A stretch of DNA of 64,000 nucleotides, taken from contig CM119264.1 in NCBI GenBank assembly GCA_051294375.1, positions 28,562,696 to 28,626,695 of the forward strand, read 5' to 3'. Of this stretch, positions 1 to 12,800 are shown piece after piece (the stretch's first letter is position 1; every line of letters starts with the position of its first letter). Under the pieces are notes generated by a model that ran no database searches, was not told where the DNA came from, and was given only the letters and a program-made list of their open reading frames with translations. Source of the stretch: Paraspadella gotoi (Eukaryota > Animalia > Chaetognatha). Made by a program: the position numbers and the translations under genes.

Positions 1-3000
1 GTTCTTGTCCATTTCGCGCCAATTCTCGCGTTTCGTCCGCAGATGGCGCCAGAGCGACGACCAGGTGGGAATGCTGCGGAAAAGAGAAATTACGGAGATC
101 TTTCCACAACAGACCTACCTCTCTGTCTCTCTCACTCTCTCACTCTCTCTCACACAAACTGTATACAACCTGGGCGTCGCTTTTGCCGAAAATATTTGGT
201 GGGGAAAATAACCCCCGTTTTTGCTGTTGTTGTTGTTGTCCTCCCGCTCGCATTTTCCCTCCCCTTCCTTTCTCATCGGCGACGCGCAGGGCGTCGAGGA
301 GAACTTGGGACTCTCCGACGCCACCGACGAAACCGTCGCGAAGTGATGCTCCAAATCCCACTTCTCTTGCTGCAACTCGGCGATTCTCTGCTGAGAGAAG
401 ACGACGAATCAACCTCTTTGTCCAAAACTGTCAAGTTTCACGAAATGGAAAAGCGTTTCTCTCGCCTGAACCAAAGCGTTGTTTTCCCTCATGAGTTCCT
501 CCGTCGAAACTTCCAAATCTCCCTGTTGACGAAAGAGTTGTCTCTGGGCGACGACCTCTTCCTCCAAATCCTCCACCAGAAAACTATTCATGACGCGCGA
601 CTTGAGGTTTCGATCGCTCAATCGCGTCAGTCCCAGATGCGCCAAACTCAGGACCTCGCCCCCGTGTCCGTCGCTGAGGAGGTGCTTGAGATGCTCCTCC
701 AGTCGTCGACTAAAGTCCCTCTCCGCTTGTAACTGCTCTTTCAACACCTTCACCGCGTTCTGGTATTTTCTCGCCGTCTCGAGACCGCGGCCCTGATGCT
801 GCTGCTGTGGATGCGATTGCTGCAGCCACGGCAGCCGCTCCGAGCAACCCTTCTGCAGACCCTCCAAGATGTCCACCTTGTCGAGGAGTTTTCGAACGAC
901 GTCCTCGACGACGAGGAATCTGGCGTCGTCGGCGTCGCGGTGGACGATCTCCTCCCGCGCCCTCAACGCCTCGTTCTCCGCTCGAAAAGCCTTCTGCTCT
1001 TTAGTCAGCGCCCTCAGTCGAGCCTCGATCGACGTCCCTCGTTTGTTCTCCTCTTTCCTCTCCTCCCTCAACAAGTGTATCTCCTGCATGAGCAACCCCA
1101 TCTCTTTTATCAACTGCTCGTTGTTCTCCAAGAGTTCCGAGGCTCCCTCTTCGTTCTTCTCGTTGACCTCCTTCAAAAAAGCCACCTGTTTCTCCAGATG
1201 TTCTCTCTCTTCGCTAGAAAACTCCAACTCGTCTTCCTTGACCCTCAACTCTCTCCGCAAGGCGGACATCGTCGCCGAGGTCTCCTCCTTCTCCTTCTCC
1301 AGCTGGCAGAGTTCGTTCTCCAGCCGAAGACTCGACTCTTTCATCTTGGCCACGAGGTTGACGAGCTTCTCGTTCCTCTGCGCCCTCTTCGCGCTCTTTC
1401 CCTTCATCTCCGCCAAGAGCCTCTTGCGGATCTCCTCTTCCCACTCGAGGTCGTTCTCTTCCAATCGCTCCTTCAGCGTCAGTTCAAAATCCGACTTGAG
1501 TCTCGCCGTCTCTTCGTTGTTGCGCTCCTCCATTTCCTTGGCGGGGGGGGGAGAATTGGATTTGAGGTCGTTTACAAATCCACATCGTTTTGTGTTCGTT
1601 GATTTAACCACACCTGAATCGTCTTTAAAAATTCTTTTCTTTCTTTCCCATTTTTCTCTTTTAAAAGTTCGATCTTTACCCTGAGCTCCTCGCAAGTTCC
1701 TTTCGAGCTTTTTTCGATTTCATTTCTACGGAGAAAGAATCATCCATACAAAATTTGTTAAATGCAATCTAATTTTCACCTGTTAAAAATCTGAATATAT
1801 ATATATTTTTAAAGTATGCAATTAAAAAATTGTTCAAAACTTAAAGACCTTAGCATTCTTTTCTCGTCCTCGTGCGCGGTTTGTAATTTGCCGATACTGA
1901 CTTCGAGAATGTTGAGCTGTCTTTTACTTTCTTCTTGCAAAAGGACTCTTTCTCTCTTCAAGTCTTGTATCTCTTCCACCAGCTTTTGCTTTTCTTCCTC
2001 GATCGCTTCCAACCTTTCCTTCGACGCCTTCAACTCTCTCTCGTGAATCTCTTTCGCTCTCTCCATGTCCTTCGCGCGCTGCTCTGCCGCTTCTCCGCTC
2101 ATCCTTTCTACGATCGCCGCTCTCGATCGCTCCGACTCGATCAGGCTTTTCTTCATCGCGGCGACTCTCTCGAAAATCCTCTCGTCGTCGATTCCCTTCG
2201 ATTCCTCTTCGTCTTCGGTCTCTCTTCTCAAGAGGCTCCACAACTCGCTCCTCCGCCTTCTCTCCGCCTCTTCGATCTTCTCCACGAAATCGATCCCTCG
2301 CCGCTCAGATTCGCCAAGATTTTCTCTGAGATCTTGGATTCGTCTTAATATTTCTTCCTCATCCTCGTTTTCGCTTTCTTCATCTTCCCTTTTCAGAACC
2401 CGCCAAATTTCCCTACTTCTCCTTCTCTGTTCTTTCCTCGACTTTTCTTCCGTCTCGATTCGCTTTTCCTCCGCCTCTCTCAACTTCTCCTTAATCGACG
2501 CAACTCTTTTCAAAATATTTTCGCTTTCTCTTCTCGTTTCTCCCCATTCATCTTCTCCTTCCTCCTCTTCTCCCGCCGATTCCAAAACCCTCAACATCAG
2601 ACTCTTTGTCCTCTCCATCTCCTCTCTCACTTCCTCCGCCTCCTTCCTCGCTTCCTCCTCGTCTTTGGCCAGCATCGCTCGTTGAGAGACGACGAACTTT
2701 AGTTCTTTCCTCCACTCTTCCTCCTTGGATTCGAGTCTCTTCCTCGCTCGGTCCGCGTCCTCGAATCTTTGTGACTCCAAGTCGTTCACCTTCTTATTGA
2801 GGGTCACGACGAGACGTTCCAAGTCATCGTCGTCGTCTTCGTCGCTTTTGGCTTCTAGCGCCTTCTTCGCCGATTCGTAGTTCTTCTCCGCTTCCTCCAT
2901 CGCCGCGCGACAAGTTCCGAGAGCCACTTCTAGTTCGATGTTCCTTCTGCGAATTTCCTAAAAAGAAATCACTTTCGTGAATGCCTCTTATGATCCGCTG

Positions 3001-3741
3001 TCGTTTCGTCTGTGTCCGTCTCACCTTGTTTTTTTCGGACTGACGATGCCAATCTTGTTGCAATTGCATGTAGCTTTCTTCCTTCTTCCAGAGTCTCTCC
3101 TGAATTTCTTGCAACTCTTCGTATAGCAGCATCTCGGCGTCGGGTATTCCGTGGTCCTACCGCGTTTTAGATCCCAAATTAAAAGATTTGGCCTTGCTTT
3201 GAGTCTTTTTCACTGTCTTTTTCACCTTGATGTCCACGGGTTTTTCTTGAGCCTTGCATCTGAAGTAATTCTCTAAATCTTCCTTCTTTCGGTCGCGCTC
3301 TTGACGTTCGTACGATTTGACGAGCTCTTGCAGCAGAGCATTGGTAAAGGATGCCTGCACCTTCGTGGTGCGGTCTCCCCTCACGTCGGCCGAGGACGCC
3401 CGCCTCCCCAGCCGCGTTTCTGTCAGCGATGAACGAGAGATTGGTAGACCCCAGTTTGAAACTGTCGAGAATGAAGAAAGAAACTGGTGAATACCTTTGA
3501 CTGTGGGATCACTAGGGAATCGCTTAGTCCCGAACATAGATATAAATTTCTTTAGAAGATTCCCCCCGGTTTGCTCACTTGAATTCGTCGTTTCGCGCGG
3601 AGACGTGTTTGATGAACTTGAAAAGTAAAAAAGGAGCGACAAAAATTTACTGGAAAATCTAAATGTGGTTAAAGGAAAAAAGCTCCTTTCCGGGGCCAAT
3701 CACCTTTGAAGCAGCGCCGTTGTTTTTCCGTCTTCTGACAT
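1..3741 (-). CDS. Multi-exon long coiled-coil (E/K/R-rich) protein of unknown family; runs off the window's left edge; apparently nested antisense in an RME-8 intron
   Basis: ORFs 3157-3699, 2824-3132, 1809-2927 and 409-1695 are joinable by GT-AG introns (e.g. MSEDGKTTALLQS|SSNTSPRE..., KPVDIK|DHGIPDAEMLLYEELQ). Heptad-like E/K/L/R-rich sequence throughout. The ATG at 3741 is inferred. Confidence 0.75.
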
Positions 3742-3887
3742 GATTCTATTGATTTTTTTGTCTTTTGATTTTTTGTTTGGTTGTATGAGGAGAAAAAGTG
3801 TTTAAGTGAATTTTTTAACTTTCTTTCGCTTAAAATCGTGTTGCCATCGCGTCAATCACCTCCTAAAATCCCCGTCTTAATCCACAG

Positions 3888-6800
3888 ATCAAATTGCTGA
3901 AAGACGCTCTGCAAGCCTGGCAGAAAGAAGTGGAGAAGAAACCCCCGACGATGTCCATCAACGAAGCTTTAGAGACGCTGGGTCTGACGCCCGACGTCGG
4001 GCACGACGAATCCAAAGTCAAAAAGGTCAGGAGAGACTGGAGACAAATTTTTCCCATCATCTCTCCTATTATTATGAAGATTGTTCCCCACTTTATCCGT
4101 CTTCGCTTTCCCAGGCGTATTTCCGGCTGGCCCAGAAATACCACCCCGATCGCAACCCCGAAGGTCGCGAGATGTTCGAGGCCGTCCACCGGGCCTACGA
4201 GTTCATCTGCTCCAAATCCGCCAAGAAGGTCGACGGCCCCGATCCGCACAACATCGTCCTCATTCTCAAGACCCAAAGCATTCTTTTCAATCGGCACAAG
4301 GACGGTGAGGAAGAAATCAAAGACCAAGAACAATTTATTTCCTTATTTATTGGGTTCATATTTAATTTAATATTATTTATATTTTATTTTTCAGTACTCC
4401 AACCTTTCAAATACGCCGGTTATCCCATGTTGATCAAGACCATCAAACTTGAGACTTGCGACGATCAGTTGTTCTCTAAAGACGCTCCCTTGCTGTCTGG
4501 TTTGTCAAACTTTTAATAAGAAGAACTAGTTACTTTATCATTGATGAATATGACAAATATTTCCCTCCTCCAGCGGCGACGGAACTTTGCTACCACACCA
4601 TCAACTGTTCGGCGCTCAACGCAGAGGAACTTCGACGCGAAGACGGAATCCGCATCCTTCACGACGCCTTCGCTCGATGCGTCGCCGTCCTCAACAGATC
4701 CTCCAAGCCCAACGACACGGCCGTCCAGGTCTGCCTCCACGTCTCTCGATGCTACGCGGCCGCGTCGCAGTTCGAAGGGTGTCGCGAGAAGATCATCGAG
4801 AATCCCGCCATCATCAAAGACATCTGCAGATGCATGTACTTCAGGTCCGATGGGTTATTATTGATCGTAGGAGAGGCGTTATTGTCAGTTGTATCGCTGT
4901 TATTAACTCTACACCTTTTTTTACTTCCCTCTCCCATCAGACAATTGCCTCAGCTGTGCAGCGTGGCGGCCGAATGCGCCTCGGCATTCTCCAGGGATTT
5001 CTGGTTGCAGACGAATCTCTTCCGCGCGGGCGTCTTGTGGCATCTCATCCCTTGTCTCTTCAACTACGATTACACGTTGGAGGAAGGGGGAGTGGAGATG
5101 TCGGGAGAGGGCGAGGAAAACGCTCAGGTTAAATTTAGAGGAGAGACGAAGATTCGGGGAGAAGTCTTTTCAATGGAACCGTCCATCTCTTCCAGGAAAT
5201 CGCCAACAATTTGGCGCGACGGAGTCTCTACGCCATCGCCAGACTCGGAGGATACCTCAAGATGCCGACGTTCTCTCCGCGCCCGAGACCCGCGTCGCAA
5301 GTCAGTTTCGAGGATACTTTCACCCGAAAGAATTAAACTCCGCGTTTTTAACTCTTTATAACTTTTTTTTTTTTTCCAGGACGCGACGCCATCGGACACG
5401 CCTCAACACGCTCTTCAAGCGTCGGGAAGTCTGGAGAGGTTGAGTCAATCGGGCGAAGGAAAAATGACGCGGTCTGGGACATCATCGACGGGGAGCCGAA
5501 GTCCATCCGGTTCGTAAACCATTAGATGGACAAAGGCTACTATAATACTAGTGTAATATTTATTTAACTGTTTGCATTAATTGTTTAATTTTTCTCTCAG
5601 AATCGACACAAAATCACCTCGCGTCCGAACAAGTCGACGGTGAGTTAAGTTTTTTCAATATTTTTTTTTCTCGGTCGGGATTAAATTTTAATTCCCCCTC
5701 CTTAGACGATTCCGGTTCCCAGGGAAGCCACGCCTCCCGCGATGGCACGGCGCCAGAAAACCAGGAGGTGCAAAAGTCAATCTCGGCCATGTTGACGCCC
5801 TACTTGGCTTCGAAACTCAGCCGAGGGGAAGACGCCCACCGGGTGAGTCAAATCGGCGGCGATATCCTTTTCCGTAGCATTTCCTTGAGTTGTGAAAATG
5901 CGGGAGTTGCTTCACGGTTCACCGTAAACTCGTTTTTTTTCCTTTTGCTTTTTCGCTGTGTCATTCTTTTTTTATCGCTTTGCCTTTAATCGGATGTTTA
6001 GCGGAATTCGGTGAGTAAAGTGAGGAATGAGGAGGGATATATTATTGTTGTCGTGGCATTGTTTTGATTATTGAAAGATCTTGACTGTAAAGTGTTAACA
6101 TTAGGTTATAATGAGAGATTGGAGAAAGCAATAATTATAATTTCAACTAACAATTTCACTCCTCTTGATTCGGCGAGTCAACTTTCCGCCCTTTTCTTTC
6201 TGCAGATCTTGAAACTGCTGAACAGCAACAGCGAGACGCCCTACTTGATTTGGGACAACGTGACCCGCGAGGAACTCAAGTGTTTCGTCGACGAACAGCA
6301 AGCTGAAGTTATAAGATCGGTGAGGAAATGACCCGTATTGTTTTTGGTTTTTGCTATATTCTTTTTAAATATGTTAATTTATTTTTAGTTTACTTTTGCG
6401 CCACTTCCCTTTACGCCTTTCTATTTGCATTCTTCTCGTTATTATTTAATTTTATCTTTGGTGTCTCCCTCTCTGTCGTTGAATTCATTCATTGTCTCCA
6501 GGGCGAGTGCGATCCCGCCTACGGATCCGAATTCGTCTTCACTTCGCATCAGAAGGAACTCATCGTCGGCGAAATCTTCGTCCGAGTCTACAACGAACAA
6601 CCCACCTTCGTTCTCGAGGTCGCCGAGTAAAGATAATAATTTTTAAAATAATGTTTAAAACAATTGTCTCACAATTTAACTATGGGTTCTGCAGAACCCG
6701 AAAGGATTCACGATCGACTTGCTTGACTTTTTGGGATCGCAAGCGCAATACCTCCACTCGCTGATGGCGCTGTCCGCCTCGACCAACGTGGACCAGATGA

Positions 6801-9800
6801 AGTCGAGCGACCGGCTAGAGTCGGTGGAGATGGCGCTGGAGGCTCTGAGGAACGTCATCAAATCCAACCCGGGTGAGAGAATATTATTCTCTCCCTCCTT
6901 TTTTAAAACCTTTGTCGGTATTTCAAATCTTTCATTTACGAGCTTATCTTATTAATTTTTAAGGGAATGCTAAGAGACCGCGTTCTGTCAAAAAATAAGC
7001 TTGATAGAATCGTTCCATTTAACAGACTTTCTGGGTACTAATTGTTTATGATAACAAGTGTTGAATCATAAAATATTCTCGATCTCATTGGCTAAAACTC
7101 ATTTCGTTGACGTAGTATCCAGCTTCCATTACTATTTCTAATCATGTGATTTTTCTACTTTTACTTAATCATCTCATCCTTATATTTTATTCGCTTAATC
7201 CATTACTTCTTTTCCTTTTCTAAACCCATTCCCTCCCCCCTCGCCCCGCCTTTGCTTTTTCACCTCATTTTAACACCCCCCCCCCTTTGCCCTTCAATTT
7301 CATCCAAAAGGCAACGTCAGTGACAGCGACTATTTGATTGAGCGAGGAGGTAGGAAATATGGCTTTTCCAGATCACCGACTCGTTTCTTTAAAAAAAAAA
7401 AAAAACAGCGATTTAACTACTTTTTTTTGCCATCCCGTACCTGATCGCTCACTACTCACCATTGCTCGTTCAAACAGTTCGTTTATTAACAGTAGAGTGA
7501 ACTGGCGCGAAGACGACCGAATTCCTTATCCTCTCCTTCTTTCTTTCTTTCGCCGTCAGGAGTCGAGATTCAATGCATCGGTCATTTCAAGCTCCTCTTT
7601 TCTCTCTTGAGTTTGAACGGATGTCCGAAGATTCAGATGCTGGCCGTTGAGGTAAGGCTTTTTGTCAAATGTAACTTGTCAAAAATGTTAAACTAATTAT
7701 ATACTAATTAAATGATAGGCCATTTCTCTGGTGACGAGTAATCAAGAGTGCGTGAACGACATCGCGGCCTCTGACGTTCTCGTTTATCTCCTACTCGCCC
7801 TTCACACTCTTCCGAGTGGTGAGTTCCCTTTTTTTCTCTTCTCTCCCTTTTCACTTCGCTAGATATTTTCTTTTTACTTATTCTTCTGTTTTTTTTTTAT
7901 TGTGACTTTCGAAGAATATTTGACCGGTATTAGTGCTCTTTATTATTATCTAGTGGGACAGATTAAGCCTATTTTGATTCACCGCCGGGTTAATTAATTA
8001 ATGGCAGCACTCTTTTTTTTCGGTTTTTATGAAATTCACTTTTGATAGAAAACAATCATTAAATGTCTTAGTATCTCGCAAAGAAAACATAATCATCACT
8101 GGGCTTTTATCGATCGTTGAAGTTGACGCTTGATAAAGTTTTGATCATGAACTGTTAGAAATAACCCCACATGACCCGGCTTTAGGTTTGACACTTATCC
8201 TGGAAACCCTTTCTGCTCTCATGACCTCAACGAGCATCGTTAAGGAGGCTCACAATCGAGGAGCCCTCGTCTATCTTCTCGACATTTTCGCCAATGCGCA
8301 GGGTAACACAATCACAAACTGACAAATTGACGTTCTGACAGTCACGAACTCTCTCCCCTTTTTTCTCTTTCCGTAAGACCAAACGCTACGCGAATCGAGC
8401 GCTGCGCTGCTGGGGAAGATGATGCGCGACCGCCTGGTGGGTCGCGAGGTCGAGATTGCCCTCACCAAATTCTTGCCGCCCAAGTTTCACCTGGATATGA
8501 AGGAGTCGCCGGCAGCTGCCGTAGCCGAGTTTGGAGGTAACGTCAATGACTTTATATAACGAAGAAATTTGCAGAATGAAAAAAATAGGAGGATCCGATT
8601 GTCATTTTATTTTCGCTACTTTGTACTCAGGCGTTTTCGAAAACCCCGAACTCATATGGGACGTGGAATCGCGGGAACGCGTGTGCGACACTCTCGCCAA
8701 AATGAGACACAACCAATACAACAACCAGTGCGACAATCCTTCATCTCTCTGGCGTCTGCCCAAAGACTTCGCGCCCTTGTACTCGAGTGAGGATCTTTTT
8801 TTTCTTCTTTAGACCAGATTTTCTCCCGCGCACTTTGCATTTAAAATGTTGATGTTGTTGTCTATTTTTGCCGCGAACAGCTTACGAGATGTTATTGTGG
8901 TTGTCTCGAACAGATTTTCCGATATTTTGATCTGTTGACAGATTCTGAGATGGCCGTGGACGGCGTCTACTTGCGCATCTTCAACAACAATCCCGCCTGG
9001 ACGCTGAAGAGACCCAAAGAGTTCACCATCTCCCTCTTGGAGACCTGGTCCAGTCTCGCCTCGCAGACGGCTCCACCGGTTAGTTTGTTGTTTTCAAGTT
9101 TTATTTTTAGTTTTATTTGATTTTGTTTAGTTTGTTGTTGAGGCTACTCTGGCAAAAAAATGGTTTTGCTTGCTACGAATTACCTCGCTGTTTCTAGGCT
9201 ACTTGCACTATTTTTAGAAGGAGGTAGAAAACGTGAAAACAACTTGCATGGAGAGTAAACAATATTTTTTTTAAAATGTCATATCAAACTTATGAAACAA
9301 ATCGATGTAATAAAAAATATTTCATTTTAAACGAAAATTCGTGTCGAGCGCAGAATCTCGAGAAAACAAATTTGTTTGTCTCAACTTTGGTTTGTGTATA
9401 TAACTACTATCTAGTAACTACTTACGAACAATTTTATTAATCTGTAAATAGATTTATATAAAATGTACTATAAAAGTATAAAAAGTTAATTTAATTTTTC
9501 GTATAAGAGATAACAAGAATACAGTATTAAACAAACGTTTCTCGTTTGTTACACAAACAATGAAAGACGGCATTATTCAATATTCTACTCCAAAATTTGT
9601 GCGCTTGAGTTTGGCCCTGTAAAAAAGATAAAATAGTATATTAAAGTTTACGGTCTGCTAAATGATATTTCAGAGAAAAATTATGTGACAATAACTTCCT
9701 AACTTTTTGCGCCCCTGATGTCGACACAAAAAGTTATATCAAAATATATAGCAATTCTAGATTTTTGTCAAACATTATGCAAGTAGAATTTATTATTTAA

Positions 9801-12800
9801 CTTAATGAATATAATGCAGTTCAAAAGTTTTAGTTACGTTCGAATAATCACGGAAATTTTATCAATGAATTAATTAAAAAGCAATGGTCTCGAAACTTAC
9901 TTCAAAAACTCAGGTTGGTTGTGATCATCTTGTGCAGTTAATTGATAGTTAATGTGATGCCAGCTAATTCCTTCGTCTTCGTCTTGATCGCTAGAATTTG
10001 AAATTTTGAAAATGTCATTTTATATTTTCTGTTCCAATAAGGGATTTTACCGACCTCTGACTTTTAATTTTGAAAATGTCATTTTAATTTTAATTTTAAT
10101 TTTAATTTTAATTTTGAAAATGTCATTTTATATTTTCTGTTCCAATAAGGGATTTTACCGACCTCTGACTTTTTTTCCATGACAACAATCTTTCCTTCGA
10201 ACAAGTTTTTTCCATAAATTGACCAACTGTTGTCTTTTCTTTGGTGATGCTTTCCATATTTTCCATGTTTTGTGTTACAATATTTTCAGTCATGGATTCT
10301 TCTATATTGGAATCTTCACTTTTGATTGTCTCTTGTGAATTTCCTGTTGTGATTTCCAGAAATCCTGCCGTTTCTTCCGTGGATAAGATTTCCTTCCTAT
10401 AAAATAATTAAACGTGAAGTCACTATCTAGTGAGATTTCAAATTGGTTAAAAATCCGGCCTCACCTTTGACAAAAATTTGATAAAAATCCGGCCTCACCT
10501 TTGACAAAATTTGTTAAAAATCCGGCCTCACCTTTGACAAAATTTGTTAAAAATCCGGCCTCACCTTTGACAAAATTTGTAAAAATCCGGCCTCACCTTT
10601 GACAAAATTTGATAAAAATCCGGCTCACCTTTGACAAAATTTGATAAAAATCCGGCCTCACCTTTGACAAAATTTGATAAAAATCCGGCCTCACCTTTGA
10701 CAAAATTTGATAAAAATCCGGCCTCACCTTTGACAAAATTTGATAAAAATCCGGCCTCACCTTTGACAAAATTTGATAAAAATCCGGCCTCACCTTTGAC
10801 AAAATGAGTTGGTGGATTCCATCGTCGCTTCGATGCTTTTTTCTTCATAAAAGTTCGATTCCATCATATTTTCTTGGCTTCGCTCAATGAGAACATGTTG
10901 GGCTTCGTCCGAGAATTTCAATGTTTCACTTTCATCTTGAATTTCGTTGTGTTCATAGGAACTCGTTTCTGTAACGGTTTCTTCCTTAGTTACTGCTTCG
11001 TGAGACTTGATTGAAACTTCACTCATCGATGTCGATTCTGATTCCAGGACAGTTTTATTTGAATATTGCGACTCTTTAAACATTGCAGTCTTTTCTAGGT
11101 TTTCCTGAAATTTTGTTTCTGATATTTCAGTTGATGAAATTGTTTCTGATTCCGATAATTCATTCAAATTGTTTTTCGACTGCTCATATTTTATGTTATT
11201 AGAGGATTCAAACTCTGTATTTGATTCTTGTTTTAAATTCGTTTCTAATCGTCCTCGGCATTCTGAATTTTTTTTGGATTGGTTTATTTCTTGAACCTCC
11301 AGTTTCTCGCAATATTCTTCATTTGACATTTTTTGAAATTTTTCTTCATTTTCTGTTGCATAAAAATCGGCGAGCGAATTGTTTTCTATTGTTGCTGTGT
11401 TTGACGTATCGTTTAATTCTATTTGTTTATCATTTATTTTTGTCTGAATTAATTCCCGAAAGTTGCTTTCTATCTTTTCTTCCAAAGAATTAATTTCTTC
11501 CTTCTTACTTAACATCAACTTTTCACTCCTCGATGTTGTTTCTGCCGATCTTTGCAGCAATTCCGTGGATTGCATCACCATCTGCTCCTTCAGTTCCGTC
11601 ATTCCTTTTCTCAGCTCCACGTTTTCGAGGAAACAACCACAGGAGCAGTTTTCTTCCTTCATCCTGGAAAGACGAGTTTCTTGCTGCACAAATCTTTCTC
11701 TCGATTCTGTGAATTTCTTGATCTCTTGGTGAAACGTCGAGCTCATCTGTTGAAAAGAAGCCGACTCCTCTTTAAAACCCGACAATTGTTGCTTAAAGTC
11801 CGACACTTCAATTTCCATCAAACTACAATTTCTCCGGAATTCTTCCGAAACTCGAGAAAGTTTTTGCTTAGATATTTCAATCTCGGTGTCGTGGGTCATT
11901 TCTTCCTTTTTAACAATTTGTTTGGCGTCTCCTGGGACACGCGTCTCGTCCACCATAGAAATCTTTTGTTCGAACTCTTCTTGATTCATGACTGCGGCGG
12001 CGCCGTTGAAGACCGTCTCGAGTGCGTTCCGGCTCATCGCATTTACCGAATGTTGCACCGTTGTTTTCATCTCTTCGTGTGTCATGACCGATGCGGCCTC
12101 TTGAAGACAAACTCGCATCTCATCTCGAGACATCCTCTCCGAAATGGCTCTCGCCGTCGTCGTCCTTCGCTGATCCGCGAATTCCACTATGCAGCTCCGC
12201 ACTTGCGTCTCGCTCATCGACGCCGTCGCCCGCTCCACGAATTCTCGTTTGGCCTCGACGCTCATGGAGTCGACGAGACGCTCGACGGACTCTCCCTCGA
12301 CGCAGACGGCGTCGACGAGGGCGAAGACCGTCTCTCGCGCCGCCTCTCGCTTCTCCGACGCGAGGATGAGGACGAAGGATTCGAGTTGATCTCTCGTCAT
12401 CCACGTCGCCGTCCGCAGAGTCTCCTTCATCTCCGTCTCCTCTTCGGACAACGACACCGCCGTCCCTTGGACCGGCTTTAAAAAACCAGCCTCGATCTTT
12501 TCCTGCTGACAAATATTTTGTTTTTAGTATGTTTAAAGTATTTATTAAGTATTCCCAAGGACCGAACCTTTTTGCCATCTCCAAAATCTTGCATGTGATT
12601 GGTGCCTTTTCGACCTTCTCCCGTCGTTATCGAGAAGTTAGCCGTTCCGTCAATGTCTTTCAGAGATCCCTTTTCCATTTTTTGTTTGGCGCCATCGCCG
12701 TAATCCGTTATGCAATTAGTCGAATCACCTAAAGTAGATCACAAAATATTTGTTTTCAAAATAAAATACAATTTCGTATTTTTTGATGGCTACTCCTACC

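Noticed and set aside
43-2800. Long plus-strand ORFs (43-732, 796-1602, 869-1684, 2065-2685)
   Set aside because: Antisense shadows of the E/K/R-rich coiled-coil gene (S/L/F-rich, no motifs). The same applies to shadows over L1CAM, Sbf and the UIM gene.
10448-10804. CRISPR-like regular 33-bp repeats, and ORFs 10561-10848 and 10593-10802
   Set aside because: No unique spacers, no cas genes, eukaryotic intron context. The ORFs are translations of the minisatellite.
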